DNA of 64,000 bases, taken from Eubacteriales bacterium (GTDB lineage Bacteria > Bacillota > Clostridia > Oscillospirales > CAG-272). Location of the stretch: NCBI GenBank assembly GCA_051867925.1, contig JBJDZI010000030.1:1158-65157 (forward strand). The letters are read 5' to 3'. This document shows, in pieces, positions 53,277 to 62,800 of the stretch. Under the pieces are notes generated by a model, which had not been told where the DNA came from, ran no database searches, and saw nothing but the letters and a program-made list of their open reading frames with translations. A program made the translations under genes and the position numbers. Numbering within the stretch: the first letter of the stretch is position 1; the number at the start of each line of letters is the position of its first letter.

Positions 53277-55213
53277 CCCGCCGACTGCTGTCGACTTTGC
53301 TTCTGGTCTCGCTGTTTTTGCCCCTGCTCTCTCCTCTGCGCGCGCTGGCTTCTGACGGCTCGGTCTCCGAGAGGGCGGTGATCGACACCGGTCTGCCCGT
53401 TCTGTATCTAATGCTGGATGACAATGGGATCATTACCGACCGCGAAACATGGAAGGACGGTGTTCTGCGGATCCGCAACACCGACGAGTATTCGGCTTGT
53501 ACCAATCTTTATACGGAGGTAGGCAGTAAGATCCGACTGAAAGGGCGCGGAAACTCCACTTGGTGGCAGTTTCAGACGCAGAAACGTTCGTATTCGCTGA
53601 AACTGGAGGAAAAAACTGCCCTGTTCGGGATGGAAGCCTCCAAGAATTGGACACTTCTTGCAAACTTCATGGATCGCTCCAATCTTCGCAATCTCTTTGC
53701 GTATAATCTATCCGGCAGACTGGGGATGGAATACTGCGCTTCATCCTTTGTAAATCTCTATCTGAACGGCACCTATCAAGGCGTTTATCAGCTCTGCCAG
53801 AAGCCCTCTGCCCCCATTGACGAGTGGGAGGATCTGGGTGAAACGCTTGCCAAAGCCATCAGTTATCGGAACGGTCTCAGCCAGCAGATGACACAAGATC
53901 TGCTGACTGCGGCGGTCACCGATCTTTCCTGGATGACCGAGAAGGTCTGGCATGGCTACACCGTTGCCGACTATATCGACCTGTCTGATCGCTATCTTTA
54001 CGGAAATTATCTCATCGAATACGATTACTATTTCGATGAGCCCAGCAAATTTCAAACCAAACACGGTGTTCCGCTGAACATTCGCTCCCCCGAGAATCTT
54101 TATACCAGTTCCAAGGCGATGAACGCGCTGGAGAATCATATCCAACAGTTTGAGAACGCCCTCTACTCCCACACTTTCATGAACGCACACGGGTATCACT
54201 ATTCTGCGTACGTGGATATGGATTCGCTGGTGGATTATTATCTCGTCAACGCGCTGATCAAGAATGTTGAATTCGGTTACAAGTCCATGTACCTGTATTT
54301 GGACGGAGACGGGATCATCCATTTGGGGCCTTGCTGGGACTACGATTGGTCGTCGGGTAATCACTTTCTGGGTGCCGCGCAAAGTCCCGAAGTCTGGTAT
54401 GACGATTGGCGCGCAACCACCAACATCTGGTACCTGCATCTGTACGGCGATTCCTATTTCGTCTCGCTGGTGCAGGAGCGGTGGTTCGAGATTCTGCCTG
54501 TAATCGAGGAAGAAATTGCGCTACTGTCAGAGTGGGAAAATTATCTCACCGCCGCATCCGATCTGGAGCGGGAAGTCTACCTTGCGCTGGATGGCGAGGG
54601 GGATTACCGCCGACAGTCCGGGAACTATTCCTTTGCCGACGAGGTGGAAGCGTTCCGACAGTTTCTTGAAAAGCGCGTTGCGTGGATGAATCGGCAATTT
54701 TGCAAAGCCGATCCCGACATTGAGGGCAAGGGCGCGGGCGCAAATTCCGATCTGGGGTTGACGCTTTTCGATGCCAACGGTGAACTGACAAAGCCCGATA
54801 CTACCGACTTCCCCATTGACTATATTACCGACGGTGTGTCCGATCTTATGGCAGTTGCCGATACTGCCGTAACGATGATTCTCAACGGCAATCCCCTTGC
54901 ATACGGTGAAAGCAATTGTATCATCACACCGGAATATCTTCGTGCAGGTGTGAATATTCTGATTGCCTACGGCAAGGATGGAAAGCAACAGACTCTGCGC
55001 TTCGTCACCCCTTCCGATGAGGCTACCTTCACGAATGTGAGACGGGACACGGTAACCAAAGAGATTTCGCAAACCGTAATCTATCTGGAACAGCCGTCAA
55101 CCGTTACCGCCATCGCCTCTCCGCCTACTGTTGCGGTGATCACATCGGTCTGCATCCTGTTGGCAGACGGCGTTGTGAGCGCATGGCTGATTTTAAGGAA
55201 AAAATTTCATTAA
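53273..55213 (+). CDS. CotH-family kinase-like protein, secreted and membrane-anchored
   Basis: LKGRGNSTW, KRSYSLKL, WTLLANFMDRSNLRN, LYLNGTYQGVY, GPCWDYD; signal peptide and C-terminal TM. Confidence 0.85.
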   Translation: MTRRLLSTLLLVSLFLPLLSPLRALASDGSVSERAVIDTGLPVLYLMLDDNGIITDRETWKDGVLRIRNTDEYSACTNLYTEVGSKIRLKGRGNSTWWQFQTQKRSYSLKLEEKTALFGMEASKNWTLLANFMDRSNLRNLFAYNLSGRLGMEYCASSFVNLYLNGTYQGVYQLCQKPSAPIDEWEDLGETLAKAISYRNGLSQQMTQDLLTAAVTDLSWMTEKVWHGYTVADYIDLSDRYLYGNYLIEYDYYFDEPSKFQTKHGVPLNIRSPENLYTSSKAMNALENHIQQFENALYSHTFMNAHGYHYSAYVDMDSLVDYYLVNALIKNVEFGYKSMYLYLDGDGIIHLGPCWDYDWSSGNHFLGAAQSPEVWYDDWRATTNIWYLHLYGDSYFVSLVQERWFEILPVIEEEIALLSEWENYLTAASDLEREVYLALDGEGDYRRQSGNYSFADEVEAFRQFLEKRVAWMNRQFCKADPDIEGKGAGANSDLGLTLFDANGELTKPDTTDFPIDYITDGVSDLMAVADTAVTMILNGNPLAYGESNCIITPEYLRAGVNILIAYGKDGKQQTLRFVTPSDEATFTNVRRDTVTKEISQTVIYLEQPSTVTAIASPPTVAVITSVCILLADGVVSAWLILRKKFH

Positions 55214-55217
55214 AATT

Positions 55218-55445
55218 GGGGCGTTGCCCCAAATCCTAACCGCTTTCCCCCAAGAAAGCAGGGCCAAGAACTTCTATAAAGGGCGGCAAATACTTGCCGC
55301 CCGAATGATTTGTACCGCTTTGACGAAGCGGCAATTCAGATACAAATTGTGGGCGGCAAATTTTTGCCGCCCATTTATAAAAGTTCTTGGAGGTGTCGGA
55401 ACCTTCTTTCGAGAAGGTTCCGACTGAAGTTTGGGGCGAAGCCCC
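55218..55445. repeat. Two convergent REP-like repeat copies (BIME-like) between the cotH-like gene and pepT
   Basis: Plus copy 55218-55302 and minus copy 55351-55445 separated by a central hairpin. Confidence 0.85.
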
Positions 55446-55453
55446 AATTTCAT

Positions 55454-56674
55454 TCAATTCATCCGAAATTCTTCGACGATTTCCAAAAGGATGTGGGTGG
55501 CGTTTTCCAGTCCCTCTACGGTGATATGTTCGTAGGGACCGTGAAAAGCGTAGCCGCCGGTGCCGAGGTTGGGACAAGGCAATCCCATGAAGGACAGGCG
55601 CGCACCGTCCGTGCCGCCGCGGATGGGAGGCTCCACGGGCGTAAGTCCCACGCGACGGATGGCATTCTTGGCGTAGTCGATGACAAATTCGCAGGGCAGG
55701 ATCTTCTCTTTCATATTGCGGTAGGAGTCGGTGACAGTCAGTTTCACCGTTCCCTCTCCGTAGCGTTCGTTCAGAATCTTTGCCGCCTGCACCATCGTCT
55801 CCTTGCGGGAGTCAAAGCGAGCAGCGAAGTGATCGCGGATGATGTAGACCAGTTTCGCCTTTTCCACGCCGCCCTCGATGTTGCAGAGATGGAAAAATCC
55901 CTCGTATCCCTCGGTATGGCGGGGCGTTTCCGCCGCGGGGAGCATAGCGGCAAACTCGGTCGCCACCAATGCGGCATTGATCATCGTGTTCTTGGCAGAA
56001 CCGGGATGGACGTTGAAACCCTCGATCTCAACCACAGCCGCCGCGGCGTTGAAGTTTTCCCACTCAATATCGCCTGCCTCGCCGCCGTCAACGGTGTAGG
56101 CATAGTCTGCACCAAAGCCCCCCACATCAAAGTAATCGGCTCCGTGACCTACCTCCTCGTCAGGAGTAAAGCCAATGCAAATCTTGCCGTGCGGTCTTCT
56201 CTCTTTGATCAGCGTCTCCACGAGGGTCATGATCTCGGCAACGCCTGCTTTATCGTCCGCGCCAAGGAGCGTGTTACCGTCGGTGGTGATGAGGGTGCGC
56301 CCTGCCAGCGCGGGCAGGTGGGGAAAATCCGCTACGCGAAGCACGCGCCCGCTATTGCCCAACGGAACGTCTGCGCCGTCATAGTTTTCAATCATTTGCG
56401 GATCAACGCCTTCCCCGCAAAAGTCTGGGGAGGTGTCCATATGGGCAATGAATCCCAGAGCGGGCACCTTCTCTGCGCCCGGAGTTGCCGGGAGCATGGC
56501 GTAAACGTAGCCCTTGTCGGAAAGTCGCACATCGGATGCACCGAGAGCGGTCAACTCATCTACAAGAACGCGGGCAAGATCCCATTGGCAAGCAGAGGAA
56601 GGTGTAGTAGCGGAATCTTCGTCGGATCGGGTGTGGATTTGAATATAAGATAAAAATCGTTCGGTTACGGTCAT
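55454..56674 (-). CDS. pepT: Peptidase T (tripeptidase)
   Basis: FIAHMDTSP, LLGADDKAG, FTPDEEVG, HPGSAK, PIRGGTDG. Confidence 0.96.
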   Translation of the reverse strand: MTVTERFLSYIQIHTRSDEDSATTPSSACQWDLARVLVDELTALGASDVRLSDKGYVYAMLPATPGAEKVPALGFIAHMDTSPDFCGEGVDPQMIENYDGADVPLGNSGRVLRVADFPHLPALAGRTLITTDGNTLLGADDKAGVAEIMTLVETLIKERRPHGKICIGFTPDEEVGHGADYFDVGGFGADYAYTVDGGEAGDIEWENFNAAAAVVEIEGFNVHPGSAKNTMINAALVATEFAAMLPAAETPRHTEGYEGFFHLCNIEGGVEKAKLVYIIRDHFAARFDSRKETMVQAAKILNERYGEGTVKLTVTDSYRNMKEKILPCEFVIDYAKNAIRRVGLTPVEPPIRGGTDGARLSFMGLPCPNLGTGGYAFHGPYEHITVEGLENATHILLEIVEEFRMN

Positions 56675-56766
56675 GGGAGTTTCCTTTCTGTTTTTCTATT
56701 CTTTTCAAAAACAGCCTGTTTTTCACATAAACGGTACAAATCGGTGCATTGGGAGAGAGATTTGCG

Positions 56767-57303
56767 TTACCTTTCTTGCAGGTCGATCCAATAGCGTTTC
56801 AGGCTGATGCCTTCCGACTCGCAGTAAACGGTACATTCGTACACGCCGCCGTTTGCCACGATGGTCTTTTCACTACCGAGATTATCGGGCTCGCAGGTGA
56901 TCAACACTTTGGTAAGCCCCAACTCACGGCAGAGCGGAAGAGCCATTCGCAGTTGCGCTTTGGCATACCCCTTTCTGCGCTGAGAGGGGCGGACAGAATA
57001 GCCGACGTGCCCTCCGTATTTTCGCAGAAAATCGTTAAAATAATGTCTGATCTGGATCATTCCGACGACTTTGCCGTCGGACACCCGCACGCACACAAGT
57101 TGCGTCGCTGTCACGCGACCGGGCTTCAGCGTCTCGGGATGGAGATCCGCCTCCACGCTCTCTATGTATGCCTCGGCGGTATCGCAGGTGCGGAGCGCGC
57201 CGCATCCATCCATAGATGAGCCGCACGCCAAGCATTCCCGCCGATATGCCATGATTTCATCTGCGTATGCGAGAGTAGGTTTGACTAACATCAGATGGTT
57301 CAT
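56767..57303 (-). CDS. GNAT-family acetyltransferase
   Basis: GGHVGYSVRPSQRRKGYA, VLITC..DN.GS..TI.ANGG. Confidence 0.88.
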   Translation of the reverse strand: MNHLMLVKPTLAYADEIMAYRRECLACGSSMDGCGALRTCDTAEAYIESVEADLHPETLKPGRVTATQLVCVRVSDGKVVGMIQIRHYFNDFLRKYGGHVGYSVRPSQRRKGYAKAQLRMALPLCRELGLTKVLITCEPDNLGSEKTIVANGGVYECTVYCESEGISLKRYWIDLQER

Positions 57304-57342
57304 ACAAATTCCTGAGCCCCGCAAGTGTGCGGGCTTTTTTGA

Positions 57343-57407
57343 TAGTTTTCGGAGTTCTAAGAACCTTTTTTCCAAACGGTTCTTGGCGAAGTTTGAGGCA
57401 AAGCCTC
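57343..57407 (-). repeat. REP-like repeat copy downstream of dut
   Basis: GAGGC/GCCTC and AAGAACC/GGTTCTT hairpins, compensatory variants of the family. Confidence 0.7.
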
Positions 57408-57414
57408 GATTACA

Positions 57415-57852
57415 TTACTTAGTCCCCGTGGAGCCGAAGCCGCCTGTGCCGCGGGCGGTATCGGACAGTTCGTCGGCTTCGATGAAGGAGGCAGTGATAT
57501 AGGGGGTGATCACCAGTTGCGCGATGCGCTCACCGCCTGTGACGGTTTGCGCCACGGTGCCGTGATTGTGGAGCGCGACCATCACTTCCCCGCGGTAATC
57601 GCAGTCAATGACTCCCACTTTATTGGCGGGAGCAAGCCCCTTCTTGGAGGCAAGACCGCTGCGAGCGTAGATCAGACCTGCGTAGCCGATGGGAAGTTCC
57701 AGCGCGATGCCTGTGTGGATCAGCACGGTCTGCCCCGGCTCAATGGTCACGTCTGTATCAGAAAGGGCGTAAAGATCCGCACCTGCGGCGTAAGCGGAGC
57801 CGTAAGTGGGCAGGATGGCGGTATCGTTCAACTTTTTGATTTTGATTTCCAT
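57415..57852 (-). CDS. dut: dUTPase (trimeric)
   Basis: AGADL, ARSGLA, GVIDCDYRGE, ERIAQL, RGTGGFGSTG. Confidence 0.97.
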   Translation of the reverse strand: MEIKIKKLNDTAILPTYGSAYAAGADLYALSDTDVTIEPGQTVLIHTGIALELPIGYAGLIYARSGLASKKGLAPANKVGVIDCDYRGEVMVALHNHGTVAQTVTGGERIAQLVITPYITASFIEADELSDTARGTGGFGSTGTK

Positions 57853-57870
57853 AGTGATTTCCTCGTTTGC

Positions 57871-58425
57871 TTATTTATCCCATTCCCGCTTCCCGCGCGG
57901 GACGGTATCGTCCCACAGAACGACAGTGTCCTGCCGAAGTGATTCCGGGACATTGATGATCCGTTGGTTGGCAGAGCCTTTGAAACGGAGCTTCAGATCC
58001 TTCAGAGCTTCCACAAACTCGCCGTCCACCAGCACGTCGATGAGTCGGATCAGCCGATCGGTGATCTCGGGATCGCCCAGCTTGCCTGCAAGGATGTGCC
58101 GCTCGAAATCGTAGCCGGTATAGCACCAGATGGTCTTGTCAGGATAGGTCTCTTTGACCCGTCGGCAAAGTCGGAGAAGCGCGGGCTGATTCTGCGGCTC
58201 GAAGGGTTCACCGCCCAGCAGAGACAATCCTTTGATGTAGGAAGGCTCTAAAGCGCGCAGAATCTGACTTTCCGTTTCGGGGGTGTAAGGGGTACCGTAA
58301 TTGAAATCCCACGCCTCGGCGTTAAAACAGCCTTTACAGTGGTGTGTACAACCGCTGACGAAGAGAGACACGCGCACGCCGGTTCCGTTTGCCACGTCGT
58401 GGGTCTTGATGGTCGCGTAGTTCAT
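57871..58425 (-). CDS. nrdG: Anaerobic ribonucleotide reductase activating protein
   Basis: GVRVSLFVSGCTHHCKGCFN, LLGGEP, DVLVDG, GSANQR. Confidence 0.96.
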   Translation of the reverse strand: MNYATIKTHDVANGTGVRVSLFVSGCTHHCKGCFNAEAWDFNYGTPYTPETESQILRALEPSYIKGLSLLGGEPFEPQNQPALLRLCRRVKETYPDKTIWCYTGYDFERHILAGKLGDPEITDRLIRLIDVLVDGEFVEALKDLKLRFKGSANQRIINVPESLRQDTVVLWDDTVPRGKREWDK

Positions 58426-58520
58426 GGAATGATTCTCCTTTGCGCATCGATGAGATTACAATAGAGACTTGCCCCGCAATGATTTGCGGGGCTTGTCAGT
58501 TGTATTTGAGCGTGCGCCTC

Positions 58521-60650
58521 TTACAGGTGCAATACTCTGGATTTGATTTCCTTGGTCTTGCCCACGTTCCAGAAGTTTTCGCCCAGATAGCCACAGGTAC
58601 GGCGGGTAACATTCATCTTCCGCCGATCTTTGTTGTGACAGCAGGGGCATTCCCATTCGTTGTCGTCGTTGATCAGAATCTCTCCGTCGTAGCCGCATTC
58701 GTGGCAGTAATCGGACTTGGTATTGAATTCCGCGTACTGAATGTTATCGTAAATGAAGCGGACAACATCCTCCAGTGCCTCCAGATTGTGGCGCATATTG
58801 GGCACCTCAACGTAGGAGATGCAACCGCCGGTGGAGATCTTCTGGAACTGGCTCTCAAAGGTGAACTTGGCGAAGGCATCAATATTCTCGCGGACATCAA
58901 CATGGTAGGAATTGGTGTAGTAACCCTTGTCGGTGACGTCCTCGATGGTACCGAAACGCTCCTTGTCAATGCGGGCGAAACGGTAGCAGAGCGACTCGGC
59001 GGGCGTGCCGTAGAGTGCAAAGCCGATGTTGGTCTCGCGCTTCCAACGGTCGGTGGTGTCCCGCAGATGCTGCATCACCTTTACCGCAAACTCCTCGCCT
59101 GCGGGCTGCGTGTGGGATTCGCCGGTCATCAGTTTGGTCACTTCATAAAGACCGATGTAACCCAGCGAAATGCTGGAGTAACCGCCGAAGAGGTAACGGT
59201 CAATGGTCTCACCCTTGCCAAGCCGTGCGATGGCGCCGTATTGCCAATGCACGGGGGAAACGTCGGATCTCACGCCCATCAGCGCGTTGTGACGGCACAT
59301 CAGCGCTTCCTTGCAGAGTTCAAGGCGTTCATCAAATTCCTTCCAGAAGACGTCCATATTGCCCTTGGCAACGATGCCGATCTGCGGAAGATTGATGGAG
59401 ACAACGCCCTGATTGAAACGCCCCTCGAACTTGTAATTTCCGTTTTCGTCCTTCCAGGGAGAAAGGAAGGAGCGGCATCCCATGGGGGAGAAAACATTGC
59501 CTTCGTAATTCTCGCGCATTTTCTTTGCGGAGATATAGTCGGGGTACATCCGCTTGGCGGAGCATTTGACTGCCATCTTGGTCAGGTAGTCATACTCGCC
59601 GCCCTTGAGGCAGTTGTACTCGTCCAGCACGTAGACCAGTTTGGGGAAGGCAGGCGTGACATAGACGCCCTTCTCATTCTTGATGCCCTCGTAGCGTTGG
59701 CGCAGAACCTCCTCGATGATCATGGCGTTTTCCTTGACATACTCGTCATCAGCGGAGCGCAGATTGAGGAAGAGGGTTACGAAGGGAGACTGACCGTTGG
59801 TGGTCATCAGCGTATTGATCTGATACTGAATGGTCTGTACGCCGCTTCTCAGTTCGTCCCGCAAACGGTCGGAGACGATCTGCTCGATCTGCTGTTCGGT
59901 CAGAGAATCGCCGTGCTTTGCAATCAGATTGCTCTTGAACTTTTCGTAAGATTTACGCAGATATTTGCCCAGATGGCTGATATCCACCGACTGTCCGCCG
60001 TACTGGTTGGAGGCTACGCAGGCGATGATCTGCGTCACAATGGTGCAGGCGACCTGGAAGGATTTTGGGGACTCGATGAGTTTGCCGTTCATCACCGTGC
60101 CGTTCTCCAGCATATCCCCAATGTTGATCAGACAGCAGTTGAAAATGGGCTGTACAAAATAATCCGCATCGTGGAAGTGCAATACGCCGTCGTCGTGTGC
60201 CTTGGAAATATGTTCGGGCAGGAGCATACGGCGGGTCAGATCGCGGCTGACTTCGCCTGCGATGTAATCGCGCTGGGTTGCGGCAATGACGGTGTTCTTA
60301 TTGCTGTTCTCTTCCGCCAGTTCCTTATTGGTATTGCGCAGCAGGCTGAGGATGGATTCGTCGGTGGTATTGGCTTTGCGCACCAGCGCGCGATTATAGC
60401 GGTAGATGATATAAGCCTTTGCCAGCGTAAACTTTTCCGCTTCCATCAGTTTTTCTTCAACGATATCCTGAATATCTTCTACCAAAAAACGCTTGCGCTT
60501 TTTGGATTCAATGTAAGAAACGATCTCTTCGATCCCTTCTTCCGAGATGCGATCCTCCGGTTCAACGGCATCGTTGGCCTTGCGGATGGCGATCACGATC
60601 TTACTGCGGTCAAAATCAACGGTGGAGCCGTCGCGCTTGATAACTTTCAT
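58521..60650 (-). CDS. nrdD: Class III anaerobic ribonucleoside-triphosphate reductase
   Basis: ATP cone VIKRDG, FNCCL, MGCRSFL, TPAESL, CHECG/CPCC, RRTCGY glycyl site. Confidence 0.97.
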   Translation of the reverse strand: MKVIKRDGSTVDFDRSKIVIAIRKANDAVEPEDRISEEGIEEIVSYIESKKRKRFLVEDIQDIVEEKLMEAEKFTLAKAYIIYRYNRALVRKANTTDESILSLLRNTNKELAEENSNKNTVIAATQRDYIAGEVSRDLTRRMLLPEHISKAHDDGVLHFHDADYFVQPIFNCCLINIGDMLENGTVMNGKLIESPKSFQVACTIVTQIIACVASNQYGGQSVDISHLGKYLRKSYEKFKSNLIAKHGDSLTEQQIEQIVSDRLRDELRSGVQTIQYQINTLMTTNGQSPFVTLFLNLRSADDEYVKENAMIIEEVLRQRYEGIKNEKGVYVTPAFPKLVYVLDEYNCLKGGEYDYLTKMAVKCSAKRMYPDYISAKKMRENYEGNVFSPMGCRSFLSPWKDENGNYKFEGRFNQGVVSINLPQIGIVAKGNMDVFWKEFDERLELCKEALMCRHNALMGVRSDVSPVHWQYGAIARLGKGETIDRYLFGGYSSISLGYIGLYEVTKLMTGESHTQPAGEEFAVKVMQHLRDTTDRWKRETNIGFALYGTPAESLCYRFARIDKERFGTIEDVTDKGYYTNSYHVDVRENIDAFAKFTFESQFQKISTGGCISYVEVPNMRHNLEALEDVVRFIYDNIQYAEFNTKSDYCHECGYDGEILINDDNEWECPCCHNKDRRKMNVTRRTCGYLGENFWNVGKTKEIKSRVLHL

Positions 60651-60810
60651 GTTCGTCCTCTTTCTTTCATTCTCGTCCTATGGTTGTGGATGGATTTATC
60701 GGTAAATCAGTGCGCCATTTGGTTTTTTTGTATAAAAAATCAATTTTTGGAAATCAACCAAATGCGTGAGAAACCTCCCGCCTTGGCGGGAGGAGAAACG
60801 CTGTGTAGTT

Positions 60811-60865
60811 ATCATACCACAATATATTGTGCTTGTCAATGGGCAAATACCACAATATATTGTGT
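60811..60865 (-). promoter_or_regulatory. nrdD promoter with tandem NrdR boxes
   Basis: TTGACA-N17-TATGAT (60839 to 60811); CACAATATATTGTG palindromes in boxes 60817-60832 (within the spacer) and 60850-60865. Confidence 0.9.
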
Positions 60866-60906
60866 TCGTTTTTGTATACAACGATGAAGTCGCTCTTTTT
60901 GGCGTC

Positions 60907-60933
60907 AAAAATCCCCGCCGAAGCGGGGATTTT
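60907..60933 (-). terminator. Probable terminator of the GH43 gene
   Basis: AAAATCCCCGC-CGAA-GCGGGGATTTT hairpin. Confidence 0.7.
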
Positions 60934-60966
60934 ACGATAAACTACTCCAAAAGCAGTACCTAAATT

Positions 60967-61013
60967 CCACAATATGTTGTATCGTTTTTTCTGCCCGATA
61001 CAATATGTTGTGG
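60967..61013. promoter_or_regulatory. Second pair of NrdR-like boxes
   Basis: CCACAATATGTTGTAT (60967-60982) and ATACAATATGTTGTGG (60998-61013), 31 bp apart. Confidence 0.75.
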
Positions 61014-61025
61014 TCAGTCAGTGGG

Positions 61026-62495
61026 TCATTCCTCTACCACTTCGCCCAGCGTGAGAGAAAGATAGGGCAATTTGACCTTGAGTTTGGTAGAACCGATATA
61101 AGGAAGTCCGTCCTTCCATTCCACAGGCTGGATCCTAACGCTTCTGCCGCTCCATCCCGAGCCGGAAACGATATTGGCGTGGTAGATCACCCACAGAGAG
61201 CCGTCTTCAGCGGTGGTGAAGGAACAGTGACCGGGACCGTATGCCTTGGGACCCTTGGTCAGCAGAGGCTTATCCAGCTTCTCCCATCCCTTACTCTTCA
61301 TCAGCAAGTCGCCTTTACAGTAAACCGCCGACAGACTGTAATTGTCCGCCCAGCTGCCGTTGCAGGAATAGACCACGATGACCGTGTCCCCGTTGACCAA
61401 AACCGCAGGGCCTTCGTTGACCGACGGGCTGGTATCGTACCGCTCGTAAGACTTGGTGGGGCTGGAGATCAGCACGCGCTCGCTGTCGATGGTCCAGGGA
61501 TTGCTCATATGGGCAAGATAAAGATTCTGCTGACCGTCGGTGTCTCCTGCCCAACCGGACCAAACGGTGTACAGTTCGCCGTTATACTTGAACACGGTGC
61601 CGTCGATCGCCCATTTGTCGGTGGGATCGGTGACCTTACCCACCACTTTGAAGGGATCGGTAGGATCCTGAGAGGTTCCCTTCAGACAGTACATTCTGTG
61701 CGCGGCATTGTCATCGGTTCCCTTGCACATGGCAACATAGATGTACCAGTTGCCGTCGATATAGTGCAGTTCGGGTGCCCATACGTTTCGATAATCGCCG
61801 TTTGAGGCATTGAACACCTGCTTGCCGTTATCCTTGACGATCTTATCCAGACCGTCGATCTTGGCAACCTTCACGCCGCCGGAACTCCAGCAGTAATAGT
61901 AGGAGCCTTCGTGTTCCACCACATAAGGGTCGTCTCCCTCGATGTCCTCTGTGTTGGAAACTTCCTTATACAGATAACCGATGGAGCCTTGGATCCGAAC
62001 CGAAAGATCGGACGAAACCACCAATTTCTGCTCCTCGGTAACGTATCGGTTCAGAAACTCTTTCGCCGCCAGAATAAATCCGCCCTCGAAATTGGAGACG
62101 ATGGACACCTGTTCGTCAATGACGTAAAAACCTACTTGGTCGGTTTCCAGCTTATCGTAAGCCGCCTGAGACTGGGCGCGGTTAGTCCGTCCCAACAGGA
62201 TCTCTTTGGCACCTTCCGCAGGAGCAACGTCCGCATCGGACTTCAGATCCATAAACACATACAGTTTCTCTCTCAAGAGAGAGTTGAACTCGCGGTATTC
62301 GCTCATCTCGGATGCGGTGGCATTTTCCGGATAGATCAGCGTGTATTCCGACTTTTGATCGGAAACGATAGTCAAATCCTTGACCTCTTGCGACGGATCG
62401 TCTGAAATATCGGTCTCTCCTCCGCAAGCCGACAGGATCGGCAGAAGCATGGTGGCTACGAGCCCGATGCAAAGCAGTTTTCGAAGCGATTTCAT
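61026..62495 (-). CDS. GH43 lipoprotein (arabinofuranosidase-like)
   Basis: LSAC lipobox; DPYV, WAPELH, WAIDG, VNEGP, GPGHCSF. Confidence 0.9.
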   Translation of the reverse strand: MKSLRKLLCIGLVATMLLPILSACGGETDISDDPSQEVKDLTIVSDQKSEYTLIYPENATASEMSEYREFNSLLREKLYVFMDLKSDADVAPAEGAKEILLGRTNRAQSQAAYDKLETDQVGFYVIDEQVSIVSNFEGGFILAAKEFLNRYVTEEQKLVVSSDLSVRIQGSIGYLYKEVSNTEDIEGDDPYVVEHEGSYYYCWSSGGVKVAKIDGLDKIVKDNGKQVFNASNGDYRNVWAPELHYIDGNWYIYVAMCKGTDDNAAHRMYCLKGTSQDPTDPFKVVGKVTDPTDKWAIDGTVFKYNGELYTVWSGWAGDTDGQQNLYLAHMSNPWTIDSERVLISSPTKSYERYDTSPSVNEGPAVLVNGDTVIVVYSCNGSWADNYSLSAVYCKGDLLMKSKGWEKLDKPLLTKGPKAYGPGHCSFTTAEDGSLWVIYHANIVSGSGWSGRSVRIQPVEWKDGLPYIGSTKLKVKLPYLSLTLGEVVEE

Positions 62496-62569
62496 TGGTT
62501 TCTCCTATGCAATTATAATTTTTTCTCATTATAACAGATTTTCTCTGTTCTGTCAAGTCCTGAAAAGGT

Positions 62570-62800
62570 CTAATGATGATAATCCGCCATTTTGCGGGTA
62601 TACTCTTCCCCCAACGAACGCCAGTACCGGTAGTCTTTTTCCGAAAGCACTCCCGCCAAGTAGAGTTCCTCCGTGCGGGCGATCAGACGCTGGCGTTCTT
62701 TATGGGCAGGCTCTTTGTAATTATTGGAGAGGTATTGCTGAAGCTCGTGCAAGATCTGTTTCAGCTCCTTTTGGGCGCGCATACCGTCAAACAGCTTCAT
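62570..62800 (-). CDS. Small hypothetical protein
   Basis: 76-aa ORF overlapping the stop of the upstream kinase gene, with GGAGG RBS. Confidence 0.7.
   Translation of the reverse strand: MKLFDGMRAQKELKQILHELQQYLSNNYKEPAHKERQRLIARTEELYLAGVLSEKDYRYWRSLGEEYTRKMADYHH

Noticed and set aside
49831..55445. Repeats as a CRISPR array
   Set aside because: Copies are dispersed and variable, with no regular repeat-spacer period and no cas genes.
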